Assembly (NCBI RefSeq): GCF_009914755.1
Contig: NC_060925.1
Reading direction: 5' to 3' (one strand)
From: the human T2T-CHM13v2.0 reference genome, Homo sapiens
Length of the DNA stretch: 64,000 bases
Every line of letters starts with the position of its first letter. The first letter of the stretch is position 1. Position numbers and translations under genes: made by a program. The notes beneath the pieces were generated by a model, which saw only the letters and a list, made by a program, of their open reading frames with translations, did no database searches and had not been told where the DNA came from. This document shows, piece after piece, positions 1-14,888 of this stretch.

Positions 1-271
1 GAGGCAGGTGGATCACCTGAGGTCAGGAGTTCAAGACCAGCTTGGCCAACATGGCGAAACCCCATCTCTACTAAAAGTATAAAAATTAGCAGGGCATGGT
101 GGCAGGCACCTGTAGTCCCTGCTACTCAGGAGGCTGAGGCAGAAGAATAGCTTGAACCCAGGAGGCAGAGGTTGCAGCAAGACAGAGATCACAGCACTGC
201 ACTCCAGCCTGGGTGACAGAGCAAGAGTCTGTCTCAAAAAAAAAAAAAAAAAGAAAAAAAAGAAAAAAAAG
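1..271 (+). mobile_element. AluS-type SINE (5' part outside window)
   Basis: GGATCACCTGAGGTCAGGAGTTCAAGACCAGC left arm, A-rich linker, right arm, A-rich tail 236-271. Confidence 0.95.
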
Positions 272-463
272 AAACTGGAAGAGAGAAAGAAGAATTCTCC
301 CCTAGAGCCTCCAAAAGGAATGCAGCCTGATCAAAACTTTGACTATTACCCAATGAGAACTGTGTCAGACTTCTAACCTCCAGAGCTGTAAGATAATAAA
401 TTTGTATTGTTGAGGCCACCAGGTTTGAGGAATGTGTTGCAGCAGCAGTAGACAACTAATACA
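272..463 (+). mobile_element. MLT1 (MaLR) LTR 3' part, interrupted by the Alu
   Basis: TTCTCCCCTAGAGCCTCC...CTGTAAGATAATAAATTTG...AACTAATACA is a typical MLT1 3' end. Confidence 0.8.
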
Positions 464-1514
464 CAAACCTTAAGCCTTTCATTCATGTCACTCCATCAAA
501 CTCCAAGCGCGTTCATGGCTAAGGAAGCTGCTTTGGGGTTGTGGCTGCTGCAGGGGAAGGGTTTGCAAATAACTTTTCATTCTCTAGGAAGACTGGCCAA
601 TGGAAAAACCATGCTTCCCTTCCCTAAGGATGAATAGAAATCTTTAGTAACTTCAGTTGGATAGAAACAATATGTAAATGATATGTAAAAGCAAATTTCT
701 CAAAATTTATGAGGGCTGTATTGCATAATTCTATACAAACAGTCTGGTGTGTGGGATCCTATTTCCCTGAAAAGATGAAAAGATAAGCTATCCTATGGTG
801 AAAAATTGAAGGCTGTATGGATTGCAAGGGGGGGAAATTATAGTTGAAATGCTATTATGAATCTTTTTGACCAGACCTGCCGAACATAATATTAAAATTT
901 AAACACACTGTCTCAAACATTGCTCAAGAACTTCACGAAACCCCTTCATGTGGTCATGCCCTGTTCTCATGGCTGAGTGCGCGCTCTGATGAATGTTCCC
1001 AGAGGACAGGGACAAAGTAAGTGTCTCAGCTCTCTCTGCATGATCCTTTTAGGAACTCTTCTCACAGGCCCCAAGAGCAGAAATGTAACAAACATTTATT
1101 GGCCAAAAGGCACTCAGTTCGTGACTACCACTTGATAAAATGTTCGTCTGTGCATTAAAGCTTGCCTTCAGTACCAAAGAGCGAATGAAGCTCCACAAGG
1201 TCTTCATCTAATAAGCACCCCGGGAAGACCTGGCCTCAGGAGAGTCTGACTGCATGGAGTAAGAGGGCTATGCCCAGGCAGTGCCAACAGCAGAGGGCTA
1301 GGAGCCGGTGGCGAGAGGAGCAACAGAGGAGGTCAGGGTGGAGTGAGGAGGGCTACCAAGAACTCTGAGCACCTGGGGGCAGCCCAGAACTGGAAGAGCA
1401 GGGGAAGTGAGGCTGGGGAGGTGGAATCATAAAACAGAAAGGGTTGAAAGCCCCTTAGACTGGCAGCAGTAGAAATAAAGAGACACCAAATATTTGGGAG
1501 CAGGTCTTCATCTA

Positions 1515-2551
1515 CCATTCTTTACCCATTTGAGATATCTACAGTCAGTCCTCCATATCAATGGGTTCAGCCTCTGTGGGTTCAACCAACCACAAATGAA
1601 AATATTCTAAGTAAATAAATAAAATAACAACACAACAATTAAAAATAATGCAAAGAAAGTACTACCATATGCTAGCTATTTACATAGCATTTACATTGTA
1701 TTAGGTATGAGAAGTAATCTAAGATAATTTAAAGCATATGGGAGGATGTGTGCAGGTTACATGCAAATACTATGCCATTTATATAAGGGACGTAAGCATC
1801 TGCAGAGTTTGTATCTGAGAGGGTCCTGGAACCAATCCCCTGTGGATACCGAGGGCCAACTGTATATATTTTTCACACTTTAACATACTGAAATAGCGCT
1901 GTGTCTTACAACTGATGTTGTTTTAAAATCACAGTCATCGTCTGCCCAGAGATGAACATGGTTGTTACTTGTGGCAGCAGGATTGGACCACTGCAGTTCT
2001 TTGATATTTCAGTCAACAAACACGCACAGTTTGGGGAAGGATAGAAGTGAGCCCTAGTTAATATCCAAAACCTTTTCATGGAATTGCATTTCAGCGGAAA
2101 ACCTTTTATTAATTGGCCATGTCTGGCAGGGCCACAAAAGCACCAGAATCAAACCTCACAGAATGGGGATAAGGGCCCTGGAAGATCCTGGAAACAGTCA
2201 TGGGGCACTGTGAGAAGTGCTGCATCTCAACAGCAAGGAAAAAACACAAATGAAACTTTGAGTTAAAAATGACTTGGAAGAATCAGACTCTGCCTGTGAA
2301 GAAGTTTTAGGAACATTTTAAACCAGTTCATTTTAATCATATTTTCCCTTTTATGTCTGCATAAGGGTTCTATTTAGGCACAGAGTTTAAAAATATAAGT
2401 CTAAAAGAGCTCTTTCAGTAAGCGCAAACTAAAATTTCTAATAAAAAAGCATTGTGCCACAGTTTAATTGACAACATTGTTTTCTTTCTTAGTGTTCATA
2501 AAATAACAGTGCATCTTATAATCAATACTGTCTCGGATCTTATGAAATATG
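1515..2551 (+). mobile_element. Kanga/MER104-type Tc2 DNA transposon remnant, split by Tigger3a
   Basis: TTTTCACACTTTAACATACTGAAAT...GTCTTACAA (1870-1910) and CAGTTTAATTGACAACATT...GTGCATCTTATAATC...ATGAAATATG (2460-2551) resemble MER104/Kanga ends. Confidence 0.55.
1542..1862 (+). mobile_element. Tigger3a/MER2-type DNA transposon (TcMar-Tigger)
   Basis: Terminal inverted repeats CAGTCAGTCCTCC...GAGGGCCAACTG, TA duplication at 1540-41 and 1863-64, internal TTTACATAGCATTTACATTGTATTAGGTAT. Confidence 0.85.
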
Positions 2552-2559
2552 ATAATTTT

Positions 2560-3530
2560 CTCTTTAGCTGTGTTAATTTGCTATTAAACCCACCAAAGGA
2601 ATTTTAACTTTTAGATACTGTATTTTTATTTCTAGAAGTTCTATTTGTTTTTGTAAAAATATACTAGGTCACTTTTTATAGATTCCTGTTATCTGCCACT
2701 ATTTTTAAGCCTGTTTTATTTCTTTAAACATGGTAAGCATCAGTTTGACTTTGTCTGATAATTCCCATATCTAAGTATTAGAGGAATATTTGTTCTGTTT
2801 ATTCTTTCAGTTGTTTTTGTCTATGATGAATTGTTTCCTTGTGTGCTTGGTTATTTTTGACTGTGTACTGCTCATTGTCCTTGTAAAAGTATTTATAGGC
2901 CGATGTTGAGAAACTATTTATCCATAATAGAATTTGGGATTCATTCTCCCAGACACCTGAAGGCACTACCAGCCTGGGACTACTTTAAAATAAATTCATA
3001 ATTAAAGGTTTCCTGTACCACCCAGGTGATGTGAGGCTATGATGCACATCCTTATGAGAGTCACCTTGTGATCACAACTCCTTAGGGGCTGTTATTGTTT
3101 TTCTGATATTTTTCCTTTGCTCTGATGATCACCAAGAGAACCTTACCTGCAGCCTCGTACAGGTGGAAAGTGAGGTGGTTTTATTTCTAGTTCACCATTG
3201 TCCTTAGGCTGTATAGACCTCTGGAATCCCAGCTTATGTGGAGAAGGTATCCTGTTAGACTTCCCTCCTTTGGTCAGCACTGGGCCTTAACTTCTGGCCC
3301 CTCAAAGCTGCTAAAACTGAAGGCCAGGCTTGCCTGGCTTGGCAAAGGACGTCGGGCAGAAGCAGCTTCTCCTCTCCTCTTGTTTCTCTGTTTCCCCTCA
3401 CCATAGGCTTTGGCCTGGGAGTTTCCTACAATTTTGTCAGCTATTTGACACTGTTAAGGAGACATTTAGAATATTTAAATTAGAGCTTTGGTCGTTTTCA
3501 TGGGGAGAATTGGTTTCAAATAACTCGGCT
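2560..3530 (-). mobile_element. Ancient L1M/HAL1-type LINE fragment
   Basis: T-rich degenerate sequence with TTTAGCTGTG...CTATTAAACCCA...TTTCTAGAAGTTCTATTTG, resembling old L1 ORF1/5' regions in antisense. Confidence 0.5.
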
Positions 3531-3974
3531 GAAATTTCTATAAGAAAAAAATCTCTGTTGTTATTTTATTATTGTTCTGTCTGACAGTACCTGGTTCATA
3601 GACTCTGAGGCCTTCTACATATGTGGTGGGAATCAAAAGCAGAGAGACGAAGCTGCTGCAGAGAAGGAGCAGAGTGAAAGAGCAAGCCCCTTATAGGGGT
3701 GGATATCGCAGAAGAGATGAATCCCATGAGCCTGGGGACTGGCATGTCCCTGTAAAGGCAGTTTCCCCACTGTTGTCGGGGAAAGAGGCCTGGCATTCTC
3801 CCCTACCTGTGACTTTGATCTTATGACACTTGGTATCAATTATCTCAATTTGGTGCCCAATCAAATAAGTTGTAATATCTCTTCACTCTTTCACAAGTGG
3901 ATCCCTTGACCACATGGAAACTCTGGGAGAGTGGGACTATACATTGTCTTTCCTTTTGTATTTCACTCAATTTC

Positions 3975-4302
3975 AAAAAGCTCAGAGGATCTAGAGTCTG
4001 GAAAGGGCAGGGGTAATGGATGGATAGGGAGAGATTTTAAAGGATGCAAAATTACAGCTAGATAGAAGTAAGTTCTAGCATTCTATAGCACTGTAGGATG
4101 ACTATAGTTAACAGTAATACACTATAGTTTCAAATAGCTAGAAGGAGGATATTAAATGTTCCCAGCATGAAGAATGATAATTGTTTGAGATGGTAGACAT
4201 GCCAATTACTCTGATCTGATCACTTTAGGTATCAAAACACCACTATGTACCCCATAAATATGTACAATTGTTATGTCAACTAAACAAATACAATAAAAAT
4301 AG
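3975..4302 (+). mobile_element. L1MA-type LINE 3' end
   Basis: AAAATTACAGCTAGATAG...TAAGTTCTAG...ACTATAGTTAAC...CTATGTACCCCATAAATATGTACAATT, then AATAAA. Confidence 0.8.
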
Positions 4303-4740
4303 GAAAATGTTAAAAAGAGTACTATACCCTTAATTGAATACTAAGTTGGTTTGGTTGGTTTGCAGTGTCTACTAAAGCTGAGCTTACAAATACCCTATGA
4401 TCCAGGAATCCCATTCCTAGAAATATTCCCCCAAAATACTTATTTATGTTTCAAATGACATGGATAAGAATGTTTGTAGCAAGACTGGAAACAATTCCAA
4501 TTTCCATCAACAGTAGAATGGATAAATAAACTGCAGTACATTCATCCAAGGGAATATACCACACATCCATGTAAATGGACAAATGACTGCCAAACCAAAA
4601 CAGGGAGGAAGCTCAAATACAATGTGAGCATGACACACCAGAAATAAAAGAGAACCTACTGTGTGACTCCATTTAGGTAAAGTTCAGAAAGAGGAAAAAG
4701 TACTCTGTGGTATTAGAGGCTAAGATCATGGTTACCTTAA

Positions 4741-5135
<395 letters not shown>

Positions 5136-5209
5136 CTCTCAGTTGCATTTCTATATTGTTTTTGGTTTCTTCAGTGTGTTGACTTTGTGTGTACCTATTG
5201 AACTGTGTA

Positions 5210-5529
<320 letters not shown>

Positions 5530-6672
5530 TGAACTGTATATTTATGATGTGTGTACTTTTCTCTATTTATATCTTACATTTTAATTTAAAATGCTGATGC
5601 TATAAAACATTGTTAAATTTTTGTTTTTCTCTAAGAAAGGCCAATTCTGTTCAACTTTTGGATACAGAAAAGTGCAAAGTCCTTCTCCAGATGGCTTTGG
5701 GGCTCTCCCTCTCTGGGAGTTAACATTGGGGTAACACAAACCTGATTGTGAAAATCAGCACCAGGGGCTCCTATCACTGGGGGGCAACTCAGCAATTCCA
5801 GAGCCGTGCGACAGAAACACATCAGTTTACAAACCTGCCAAGGCCTCTCTCATTATTTCACCTTCCCAACGCGAGTCCAGTTGTGTTTTATTCATCAGAA
5901 ATATAGATTTTTATTGTTTACCCTTCCCTCTCTTTAAAGGCGGTGATTGTGGTGATCTGTCACCGAAGTCCAGCCCCCGTCCCTCAGGGGGCTTTCTCCC
6001 CCTCCCCCTTTCCAGCACTTGATCCTCTGCCAGCTGCTCTCCTGTGGGTCTGCAAGAGCCCAACTGTTGGGAGGTAACTCGTGGGGCCAAGGGGAAGGGG
6101 CTTTTGTTTCCTGTTGTCCGAGGGGGTGGGTCTGGGTAGAAGGATGATGTTAAATGTGAGGAAAAGTGCATTAAAAATGCACATGGATTATCCATTGATT
6201 TGCTGCTCAGGACCCAATTTCTCTCTGCACAGAACAATTTGATTTATCCTCTGGTCTCCACGGGTTGTGAGCAGCACACGTGTTCCCTGCCAGAGCGATC
6301 GTGTACGTGTCTGAAGGACAAAGAGGGGCAGGCTGGCTGTCTACCCTGGGGTCCCAGGCCAAGGTAGGGAGGATCACTAAAATTGTGGGTGATTTTAGAA
6401 AAATCGAAGCTACTCTTAACAGCCCAACAACAGTCTCATCTCAAATGAGGCAATTGTCCCAATTTTCTTTGTTTCATTTTGCTGAACAAGCCTGTTTTTA
6501 TAAACATCAGGAAGATTTAGAAAAGAAAATGAGGGTGGGGAGGGGGAAGAGATGAAACCATTGATTTGAGGGCAAAAGCTCCCCCATTTGTCAGATGAAA
6601 AGGCCTTCAGAAATCCCTCTGTGAAAAGGCAGCTCAGCTTCCTGGCTTTCTAGCTCAATCCTGACTCACAAG

Positions 6673-6856
6673 CAGGGCAAATCCAGGTTTTGAAGAGCCT
6701 GATGCTTATAAAATCTGGGGGACACTCGTTAAGAAAAAATAACACAAAATTACAATTACAAAATTGCTGGGGCCTGTTTCAGGGCCTTGGAAAGGGCTCA
6801 AATAAGGGAGGGACCCTGAAGGCTTAGCTTTGTTAACTTCATGGTATCATCTTTGC
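6673..6856 (+). mobile_element. MER53-type hAT MITE
   Basis: CAGGGCAAATCCAGGTTTTG...CAAAATTACAATTACAAAATTGCTGGGGCC...GGACCCTGAAGGCTTAGCTT. Confidence 0.75.
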
Positions 6857-7299
6857 TCACGGAATACTTAGTTTATAAAAGCAGAAAGGTCTATCCTGTG
6901 TTGTAAGATACGCAGATGTATATAAAGTAAATGAGTAAACTAGGATGAATTTGAAGATGGAAAACTATGTGCAATGGCAGAAGCCGTGATATACATAAAG
7001 TGAGACAGAGCATAAGTAAGGTAACAAATTGACACTCAAGCCCACCCATTTAGAAAACAGTAGAATGCACAAAGAAGTATCAGGGAAAAAAGAAAAAAGA
7101 CTTTTAGTAGTCAAAATTGATGCACAAAATTCAGTTACTTGATTTTAGCCCAAAGCCTTGGGCCCAATGTGCTCTGGGAAGCATGCACTGAATTTCGGGG
7201 TCTATGGGAGCCCTGAGTCTCACGTTGGTTCACTTCTCACCAGCAGTCTGGTCCCTGGTGTTGTGGATTGCAGCCTCTCCCCTCACCCCCTGTCAGTTA

Positions 7300-7490
7300 A
7301 CGCCCCCCGAGTACATCCCAGGAGTACATCCCACTCCCAAACACTTCGCACACCTGGCTCTGCTCTCTCTTTTCTCAGGCCATTTACCTCCTTGGTTCAG
7401 GCCCTTCTCACATCTTGTCTCAATTATTTAAAGAACTTTCCAACTGGTGTCCAGGTTTCTATCTTGCTCCTACCTCCACATAGCTGCTGC
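7300..7490 (+). mobile_element. L2 fragment
   Basis: Degenerate L2 pattern (CTTGGTTCAGGCCCTTCTCACATCTTGTCT...AACTGGT). Confidence 0.45.
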
Positions 7491-7719
7491 TGCTGCTGGG
7501 AATAAAGGGAGGATTTCTAGAGTGGTTGGATGTAATATTCAAACACTTCTCAAGTCATTTTAAAGTGTTAACTTCAACTCTTACACAGTTTGAGTTTTGC
7601 CTTTTTAAAAAAAAATCAAAATAAAAAAAACACATTTTCCTAATGCAAATTTTCTGAAATTTTTATTTGAAAGGAAATAAGGCTAATGGGAAATAGCTGA
7701 TTTAAAAGTGCAAGAGGAT

Positions 7720-8150
7720 AACTTCATATCCATCAGCAAATGAATGGCTAAAAGAATGTGGTATATCCATACAGTGGAATATTATTTAACCTTTCAAAGG
7801 AAAGTTTGGAAACATTCCACAATATGGATATTCTACAACCTTGAAAATATTATGCCAAGTGAAATAAGTCAGTCATATAAGAACAAATGCTGTATGATTC
7901 TGCTTATAGGAGGTACCTAGAAGAGTCAAATTCATAGAGACAGAAAGTAGAATGGTTTCCAGGGGCTGAGGGGAGGGAGAAATAGTGTTGAACAGGTATA
8001 GTTTCTGTTTGAGAAGATAAAAAGAGCACTAGAGCTGAGTACTGGTGACGTTAGAATAACCATGTGAATGCACTGAATGCCACAGAGTACACATTTAAAA
8101 ATGGTTAAATGTTGAATTTTGTTACATATGTTTATCATAATTTAAAAAAT
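7720..8150 (+). mobile_element. L1MB-type LINE 3' end
   Basis: GAGGTACCTAGAAGAGTCAAATTCATAGAGACAGAAAGTAGAATGG...AAAAATGGTTAAATG. Confidence 0.85.
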
Positions 8151-9409
8151 TACAAGACAGATTTGTAGCTATAACTCCTACTGCCTCCAAGCTGAGAGAG
8201 ACTTTCTCCAAAAGCAGTTCCTTGCAGGCTCAGACCTTTCCAAATACAACATCCTCAAACATGGAAAATTCACAGACATGCACTTTCATCTGGTTTAGGG
8301 ACATCAAATGTGGTAAACCTGCTTTAAATTGAAAAAAAAAAATCATAAGACTTTTTCTTCCAAATGATTAAGAAGTAACACAACACCAGAATTAGAGTTA
8401 GCCGCCAAGGCACACACATAATCCTGAGTAAGGAGCTCCATTTCTGCATGAATAATCCAAGCAGGCCAGCAGGGAAGCCATGTGGCTCCCAGGACGCAGC
8501 TGTGGGCTCTGAGATTTGAAAGGCCGGCAGAATAGGCCTTTTTTTGCTGTTAGTGGTGGCAATGTGACCCAGGTCAAGCCATTTAACCTGCCAGGATGGT
8601 CACTTCCTTCTCCCCAACCCTAGCTATAAATCTGGGTCAGGGGTAATTGCACCCCATCCTCCAGCTACCCTGGGGAGGGGCCTTGGGGAGGGCTAATGAG
8701 AAATGGAGTGGGGAAGGCAGGGAGCTCATTTGTGGGAGGCGTGATACAACACAAGGCATTTTGTAGCACCCAGCAACCTGGGTCTGTTGTGCTCACATCC
8801 CATCCTGCTGAATCTGGCCTTTAATAAATAACCACACAAAGACAGGGCAGCTCTAGACTGGAAAGCGTGCTAATGGAAAACCCGCCATCAAGGAATTGGC
8901 CGCTCTCTGTGCTAATACTATTCCCCTAGTGAGGCAGCCCAGCTTCAGTGAAGTCAACTCTTACAGCATCAGCAATTCTAAACTCCCTCCTGGGAAACGG
9001 CAGTTTTCATATTGCTCAAAATTATAATTTCCACTTAAAATGATGTATTGGTGAGAGACCATTATGAAAACCATCATACATACCTATTTATGACACAACA
9101 GCCATTCATATATATTTATATATGATACATAATATACTTTTTAAATGTTAAAAATAAATAGCTTTATAAATAATGTAAAAATATTTACTACTCTGTTGAT
9201 TTTGGATTTCAACAATCCAAAATCAAAGTTGATTTTTTGATTGTTTTTTATTTTCCTCTCTTTCTTAAAAAAAGTATACAAACATACACATACACACATT
9301 GGCTTTTGTTTGTTACTAGCTTGTTCACCTCCAAGGCTGGTGGTAAAAATAAATAAAACCTTCATTATTTCTCCAGCATAGAATGACTACATGTGGAGAA
9401 TTACATTTA

Positions 9410-9590
9410 GAATGAGAATCATAAGATTTATTTCAGGATTTATGAGATGATAGAAGCCATTGTGGCCTCCTCATCCCCATGTCACAGATGAGTACATTGA
9501 AGTTAAAAGGAAGGAAATGACTTGTCTAAGCACAGTGCACATTTGTGTAGAGCTGGGGTGTAAAGGGGCCCTCTAACCTGTGCCTCGAGC
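9410..9590 (-). mobile_element. MIR (MIRc/MIR3-like) fragment
   Basis: CACAGATGAG...AAATGACTTGTCTAAG core-like sequence. Confidence 0.5.
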
Positions 9591-9894
9591 ACCTTGTTCT
9601 GTGTCCTGTGCACTCTCTACAACTTAGGGGCTGACCAGGCTGTTTTTACACTATTCCAAATCTCATTTTTACCTTTACCCTCAAGCCCCAGCCCCCTCTA
9701 TACCACTTTTGATCATTTCACCATTGGAGGAAAGGAAAGTGGGAAGTGAGGGCACAGGATAGCTTGAAAAAACAAATATTTGAAACGACTGGTTACGTGG
9801 GCCTTAGATTTTAAAGATAACCATCTTACTGCATGCCTCATTATTTTAAGTAATCAAAGTTGGCTCATTTAAGTACCTTATCTATATCTCTAAG

Positions 9895-10063
9895 ATAATG
9901 GGAGTTATTGCTCACTGAGCACTGATTAGGTGCCAATTCCAGGCATCAATTTAAGTGTTTATTACTTATCTAATTCTCACAACCACTACCAGGACACAGG
10001 TATTACCACTGTCATACCTATTTCACAGATAAGAAAACTGAGGCACTGAGGGGTTAAGTTACT
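9895..10063 (-). mobile_element. MIR SINE
   Basis: TTTCACAGATAAGAAAACTGAGGCACTGAGGGGTTAAGT MIR core in antisense. Confidence 0.75.
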
Positions 10064-10227
10064 CTTTCTTACTCCACCCCACTGCACTGCCCACCCCACT
10101 GGCAATGGCTATTGCTTTCTCTGTCCCCTTTCACCTGCATGATAAACAGTCATTGAGGCCTAAGATATTGGGTGAACTGGGGCAGGCTCTGGGGAGCCAG
10201 AGGTGATTTAGGCAGCACTCCCAGTCT

Positions 10228-10967
<740 letters not shown>

Positions 10968-11249
10968 AGGGGCACAGGCACAACCACAGTGGAGATGGTC
11001 TGAGAAGGCCTCGCAGCACAGATGCTGAGGGGGATGCAGCGACCTCCTGAAGGGAGGCTGGAGGCAGTTTCCACACAGAAGGTAAGATTTTAACTGGTTA
11101 TTTAAATGAACTAGAACTTAAATGAACAAGACCTCCCCCACCCCCAGTCAAGAGGTAAAAAGGGCATTTCCAGCACAGGACACGGCAAATGCAAAAGTTC
11201 AGAAGTCTGAAGGAATATATTTTTCATTTACGTCCCCCAACACACTTTT

Positions 11250-11332
11250 AAAAGGCCTCACTCTATTGCTCAGACTGGTCTTGAATTCCTGGGCTCCAGT
11301 GGGGATTACAGTGTGAGCCACTGTGCTGGTCC
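11250..11332 (-). mobile_element. FLAM/Alu monomer fragment
   Basis: CTCACTCTATTGCTCAGACTGGTCTTGAATTCCTGGGCTC...GGATTACAGTGTGAGCCACTGTG. Confidence 0.7.
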
Positions 11333-11647
11333 CCAGTACACGTTTATTCTTATGACAGTGACTGTTGCTTTAACAGTGACACTGCAGGGAAGACAGAGGA
11401 GGAATGTGTGGTCATTCTCTCTAAATGCAATCTTCTCATAGCTGTCCTGGCCTCCTTTGGCTAGGGAGGTGGAGGGGGCCAGGTAGGGAATATGAAGCAA
11501 AGGATGACCATAGAATGGTTTGGTATCTAGCTGCCTCCCCAGAAAGCTTAGCATGAGAGAGAGCATGGGCTGCACCAAGTCAGACTGGTCAAAACTGGAT
11601 TGAGTTATGTTCATGTTTCTTCACAGTAGTGGGAATGGGCCAAGTTA

Positions 11648-11999
<352 letters not shown>

Positions 12000-13481
12000 T
12001 TTGGAAAGCAATAATGGAAGGGGCCTTCAGCACAGGGACAGTGAGGAAAATGCTTCTTGTGCAGAAAAGAAAATGACCGGTAAGGGGGCTTGTGGCAGAG
12101 GAAGTGACTGACAGTGAGGGGCATGCTGGATCTGGACTGTGCTGACACGGCCACGGACACGGATACCAGGGCCTACGAGCGCTGACCTTGAGCTGGGTCT
12201 GAAACAGAGACGGCACCTTGAAATGACCACATGCCATCGAAGGTAAGGTAAGGGCAGGCAGGGAGCTGGCCCTGGGGCATGTCCGACAACTCTCCCAGGG
12301 GAGTCCTAGAGGACTGCACAGCAGACACAGGTGTGGGTGCCTGAGATGGCCCCACTTCAGGCCAGAACTCTAACCCAGTGGGGGAGCGTCTGTGCTTGTT
12401 GCCTCTGACATCTTTTCTCTTCATCTTTGCATTGCCTGCATTTCAATGTATAGAGGATGTATGCCATGGGTCTGTGTCTATCCACAGATGTTTCTAATGG
12501 ATCCACTCAAATTCTTACATTCCAGTGAACTCATTTGTTAGTGGAGGCAGTTGAATCATTACACCTATTAAAACATGGATTAACCACAGAATAAATGGGT
12601 TGGGGTTTGTTCACAGTGGGGGGATCATTGATCATGGGATGACATTCATCAGGATGCATCTGGCATGCGTCTGGGAGGGATCGGGGTTGGGTGGGGCTGG
12701 ACAGAGCAGGGAGAGATGAAACAAGGGCTTGTTTTTTTTGGAGCAGACAAGGGCCTCTATATGCTACCTTCTAGCAGCTCAGTGGGGAAGGCGATGCTTT
12801 CAGTAACCATCCCAGATCCTCCAATGACACCTATTCTGTGCTCGTGTGTGTTTTTCTTCACAGTTCTCCATAAGTGCGGGACGGGTGGTGCAGCGCTGTG
12901 TATAATTCAAGCTGCAATTATGAATTTTGGTTGGGCCTCTGCCTGTGATATGAGGCTGACCAAAGAACAAGTCTGTCATTTGTTTCCGGTATGTGTTTAG
13001 AAAATAAGCTAGGCTACAAAATCATAGGATTAGCTGAGCTCTTCCTTCCTGGGAGAAAAGTACAGGATAGAGGCTGTGAAGGAAACACAAGGGCAGCCAT
13101 CCTGGACTCGATACAGGGGGCTGTCACATTGGACTGTTCTGCAAACACCACCAGTGACATTTGACCCAGAGCTGTCAATGCCTGTTGGCTGCTGGCCCCT
13201 GCTGATGGGCCCGCTCACTCTTTCAGAAAGGTGTGAAGTGGTGTGGCTGATACAGGCTGGAACACTGACCTGATAAATCTGTCGCTGAAGAATCCCAGGG
13301 AACCTTAGGAGAAGTAGGGTTGGGGCAATAGTTCTGCATCTTGTGGAGATGCTCTCCCACTGAATGTTTCTGCTCTATGTGCCCATTAGGAACAGAACTC
13401 TTCAGGCTGACTTCAGCCTGGCTGGATGCAGAAATACCCTCAACAGAGATCCCAGAGTATTCAGCCAAGAGCCTGCCTCTC

Positions 13482-14022
13482 TGTATTACCCATGCCTTTT
13501 GTTTTTTGTATTCTGATGCTTTGACATCAGGGGTCTTGCTGACCCTGGAGGGGCTGCCCCTCCCAGGGCCAACCAATCCCTGGAGATAGCAAAGGGCTCA
13601 CCTGCAAGCTGCAAGCATGCCTTTCCTATGCAAACCAACCGAAGCAGGGCCCAGCCTCTCAGCAGCTCCTCTATGGGGCTTTTACATTCTAGGCCACTGT
13701 CCCCTGCCTTCATCACCCCAGGACCAGGTACAGATTAAGAACAGCCCTATGCCCCAGAGCCTGTTGAAATTTATTCAGACTAGCCAATCCTAAGCCTTTT
13801 TACCCTGCCTCACACACTTCTCACAAAAACCACAATGAAGGCTCTGGCCCATAGCCCCCTTCCTTCTGCCTTCTGGCCCACCGTGGTGCTTCCCTATATG
13901 GCCCACTCGGTGCGATGCAGCCCCTCCTCATGGGAACTGTGAGTAACAAGCTGTCTTTTTCATGGCAGTTGTCTCCTGATCTGTTGGCCCCATCACACCT
14001 GAATCATAATAAAACCTATATT
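13482..14022 (+). mobile_element. MER74A-type (ERVL) solo LTR
   Basis: TGTATT start; GATGCTTTGACATC...GCTGACCCTGGAGGG, TATGCAAACCAACC, GGGAACTGTGAGTAACAA, AATAAAACCTA near the end. Confidence 0.8.
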
Positions 14023-14627
14023 ATATTTTAATTTGTGTTTTTTTAAATCCTAGACATTTAATCGTACATTTTGCATCTGTTTCCTAAATGACAATACTAC
14101 ACTGCAGAGAATAATAATTATATGTGGTCAGAATGCCTCTTGTTCCATAACGCTAAGCTAATATTGGTAGAATTATTTACTTGAACTCAGGTCTTCAGCA
14201 CCATGCTGCTAAATTAGAAGTTCCTTGACTCATTAAAAATAACCTCAGTTTAGATTTTCCATTTAATGCAGCAGTTAATTTAGAAGGTCTTAAATGAAAT
14301 TTGTTTGTGTCTTGAAATTACTGGTTGTTTACATTTTAATTGATACTTTACTGCCATTTACGGTGTTCAGAAAATATGGCCTGTTGAATTTCTGTCTCTA
14401 ATTCAGTAACAGTTTTTAGTCCTAAAAACTTTCCATTTAACATATTAATACTTTTGTCTGGTATTTGAAAAGAATTCACATCTTCTATTTATTGGTTAAA
14501 AATGCTGCCCATTTATTTCTATGATTAATTAGTCAAACTTTCTAATAAAATTATATAACACTCTTTGTGTTCATTTATTTGCTGTACACCAAAACCCATT
14601 AAAATGGTTTTTTCTTTGTAATAAAAA

Positions 14628-14888
14628 ATAATTTCAACTTTTATTTTAGATTCAGGGGGTATATGTTCAGGTTTGTTACATTGGATATATTTTGCAATGC
14701 TGGGGTTTGGGGTGTGGATGATCTCATTGTCCAGGAAGTGAGCAATTAGCACCCAGTAGGTGGGGTTTCAGCCTTTGCCCCCCTTCCTCTCTCCCCATCT
14801 TGTAGTCCCCAGTGTCTAGTGTTCCTATCTTTATGTCCCTGTGTACCCAATATTTAGCTCCCACTTATAAGTGAGAACATGAGTATTT
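14628..14888 (-). mobile_element. L1PA15/16-type LINE 3' end
   Basis: ATAATTTCAACTTTTATTTTAGATTCAGGGGGTA...TTTAGCTCCCACTTATAAGTGAGAACATG. Confidence 0.88.
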
